DNA from: Paraspadella gotoi
Taxonomy: Eukaryota > Animalia > Chaetognatha
Direction of reading: 5' to 3'
Assembly (NCBI GenBank): GCA_051294375.1
Contig: JBJCIZ010000744.1
Coordinates: forward strand, 1,540,262-1,604,261
DNA: 64,000 bases
Within the stretch, counting starts at the first letter, position 1. Every line of letters starts with the position of its first letter. The notes beneath the pieces were generated by a model. The model was not told the origin of the DNA. It did not search any database and worked only from the letters and a program-made list of their open reading frames with translations. Shown piece by piece: positions 61,724-64,000 of this stretch. A program made the position numbers and the translations under genes.

Positions 61724-62669
61724 CTTCGCGTCCGTAGATTAGAGGCTGACGATCGCTTTAGGAATTAATATTTTATTAGGCTTGATATCGATTCCCGTTT
61801 TCTAGTCAAAACGACTAAAAACCAAAACTTTTTACTGTGATGCTTATTTTTTTTTTGTTTCGAATATTTTCGTGACCACTGAAATATTGTATTGTTTGCA
61901 GACGTTTGAACATTAGTTTTCGCCGTTGAAAGTTTTTTTTTTTTTTTTTTTTTCTTTCTTGATTCGTAAATAAGGATAAGAAAAATTTATCGTTGCTCAA
62001 ACTTTCCCAGTTTTTTTTTTTAACTGCTTTTCATTCCCCCTTTTTACAGTTTCTTTTATCCTTGGAATGAATTTTTAGCCCCGATCTCTTATTATAAAAA
62101 AACAATTTCCTCTTGGTTAAATTATTATTTTATAGTAAAGGTTTCGTTCTCACATTTTGTCTCGATATATATATGGCTGGTCCATCAATTCCTTTTTTTT
62201 TTATTTGTCGCGATAAAAGTAACTTAAGTACGACGTAGTTGATTATCCAAAAAGTCTCGATCAAGCTATTAGCTTACAAAAGATAAACCTTTATAAATTA
62301 TCTTTATTGTTGATTGAGAAGAAGGTCCATTTCCCGCGGTGATTGGCTGTGTGCATTGTGCATTGTGCAGATTAAAGTTTTCCTATTTTCCTCTTCCAGC
62401 ACGTTTTCACTCATTGGACCTGGAGTCTCTTTTCAGACGTCGTCGAGATTTTCAAACCTTACGAACTCAAAGGCGTGACATCGTCTCCCTTTCTCTCTCG
62501 CTTCAACTCTGCTACTAACAAATGTTTATTTTTACATTTAATATTACTGAAAACAAATTTCCCCCTTTTTTTTCAGAGCCAGATATAGTAAAGATAAACA
62601 TTTTATTGGTCAAATCAAACTCTAAGAGACGGTTGAACGACAACGGATAAAACGACGACAGCGACGACA

Positions 62670-62764
62670 ATGTCGGAGAAGACGACGACGCAATTGGCGA
62701 TCGTGGCCGAGACGACGATCCCCTTCACAGCCTTTCGATGTCGTTGGGTTCCCTCTTCGGCCAG
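62670..62764 (+). CDS. WDR92: WD repeat-containing protein 92 / dynein axonemal assembly factor 10, first coding exon (rest of gene beyond the window)
   Basis: MSEKTTTQLAIVAETTIPFTAFRCRWVPSSA(R)|gtggag resembles the WDR92 N-terminus ..[26 protein letters not shown]. Confidence 0.7.
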
Positions 62765-63051
62765 GTGGAGAAAGAGTTGGTGGGAGGGAAGGGGATGGAT
62801 GAAATCCGCGCTACCAATAATAAAATTAATCAATTCGTTTAAATAAATAAGGTATCTAGCCAATGACTTTTGGACAGGCTATGGTCGTTTACTGCCTCCA
62901 ATCACGCTTAAAAGATAATAACGTAGCAGGACCCCCACAAGCTTTCAATTAAGACTCTCTCTCTCAGTCTTCCCTATTTCTATTGTATTGGAAGCTCTTT
63001 CGGGGCGAGCCGGGATTGCAACGATCAATTGGTAGGGAGAAATAAAGAGGC

Positions 63052-63255
63052 TGTTATGGCAACGGAGGGACATGTGTGATACCTGGGTTGTGAGGCATCT
63101 CCCGACAGCTGGCGCTCAGGGCTTTGGACCTGCAGTGACCCCACCCCATGTCACTGGCGTGTTTATGCCGACACCATCACGCTTTAACCAGCGTGACCGT
63201 GAGGGGATTGAACCCGGAACTCACGGTTGGTGAACGAGTTTCACACTGTCGCGAA
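63052..63255 (-). mobile_element. SINE-like family A element (best-preserved copy)
   Basis: The - strand has B-box ccgggttcaatcccc, a body with a cgccagtgaca..gtcactg hairpin, and the tail gagatgcctcac..gttgccataaca. A second independent insertion is at 35830-36005. Confidence 0.7.
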
Positions 63256-64000
63256 AAGGGGGAAGTTGGAATACACTGCCGCACAAAAAAAAGCGACTGG
63301 TTAGCTCTTAATACACCTTTATTTTTTTTTTCAATTAAAAAAAATATATAAGAGAACTATAGCTCTTTTATAGAGCTATAGATTGGCGGAATAAAAATTA
63401 AAATTAGCAACACAGGAAACGCTTGGTCTCGTTTGACTTTTCTGCCTTTTCTTCTTTTTTCAGAAAAGGCAGAAAAGCCAAAGGAGACAAACCTGCGTTG
63501 TTAGTTTAGCAAAACTTTAAAGTCAGAATGTCAAAACCGAACCTGAGGAAAAAAACTATTTCCATGGGTTAACAAGGTAATGCTTTCGAGTCGTCTTTCG
63601 TTTCTTCCAACCCCCCCCCAAAAAAAAAAAATTCTACAAAGAATGTGATTGTGGTTGTATTTTCGTTTTTTCCTCTTCCAAAAGTAGTTTTATATGGCGG
63701 AGTCGCAGACATGAGTTTTGGTAGTCCCATTTGAGAAACGGACCAGAATGATTAATTTTCGAATACACGTATGTTGCACTGGAATGGGTTGGAAATGGTT
63801 TTCGTAATTAATCGAGAAAACATTTTAAATTAAGTAACTCGTCTTTAATTTCAACGTGACTGGAACTCTACGCACTTCTATTTCTCGCTGGAAGTTCCCC
63901 CCCCCCATGTTATTTTAAAATTGCTATTTTGTTAGTATTTCCACATCCATTATCGTGATTTTATTACAATAATTAAATCTGTTCGAATTTTTAACGATTT

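Noticed and set aside
1-64000. Assignment to a specific taxon
   Set aside because: Gene content indicates an animal and the CpG-rich exons argue against a vertebrate, but the sequence alone does not support a finer call.

Overview
Intron-rich invertebrate (metazoan) genomic DNA with N gaps; it is not prokaryotic. Five genes lie head-to-tail on the + strand: the last exon of EAPP, Rab23, an ASEF/collybistin-family SH3-DH-PH RhoGEF (ARHGEF4/ARHGEF9/SPATA13-like), a complete 30-coding-exon PIK3R4/VPS15, and the first coding exon of WDR92/DNAAF10. The Rab23+RhoGEF block is present twice (about 1050-20690 and 21080-39190). Both copies contain many indels, and copy 1 carries an inverted Rab23 segment. 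The copies differ in VNTR copy numbers, so they look like two haplotypes of a draft assembly placed in tandem. Introns hold tRNA-derived SINE-like elements, a MITE-like foldback, an AT-rich dispersed repeat carrying ATGCAAAT, and mini/microsatellites. The most interesting signals concern RNA processing: (i) a divergent splice-site code (invariant exonic -1 G, frequent GTT/GTC donors, frequent AAG acceptors); (ii) introns with G-rich 5' ends and C-rich 3' ends that could pair; (iii) tandem arrays seeded on exon-end/donor sequences; (iv) five co-oriented genes with similar 1.1-1.4 kb stop-to-ATG spacing and T-rich acceptors upstream of each ATG, suggesting a possible operon with SL trans-splicing. 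All exon structures were read by eye against remembered orthologues, without RNA evidence.
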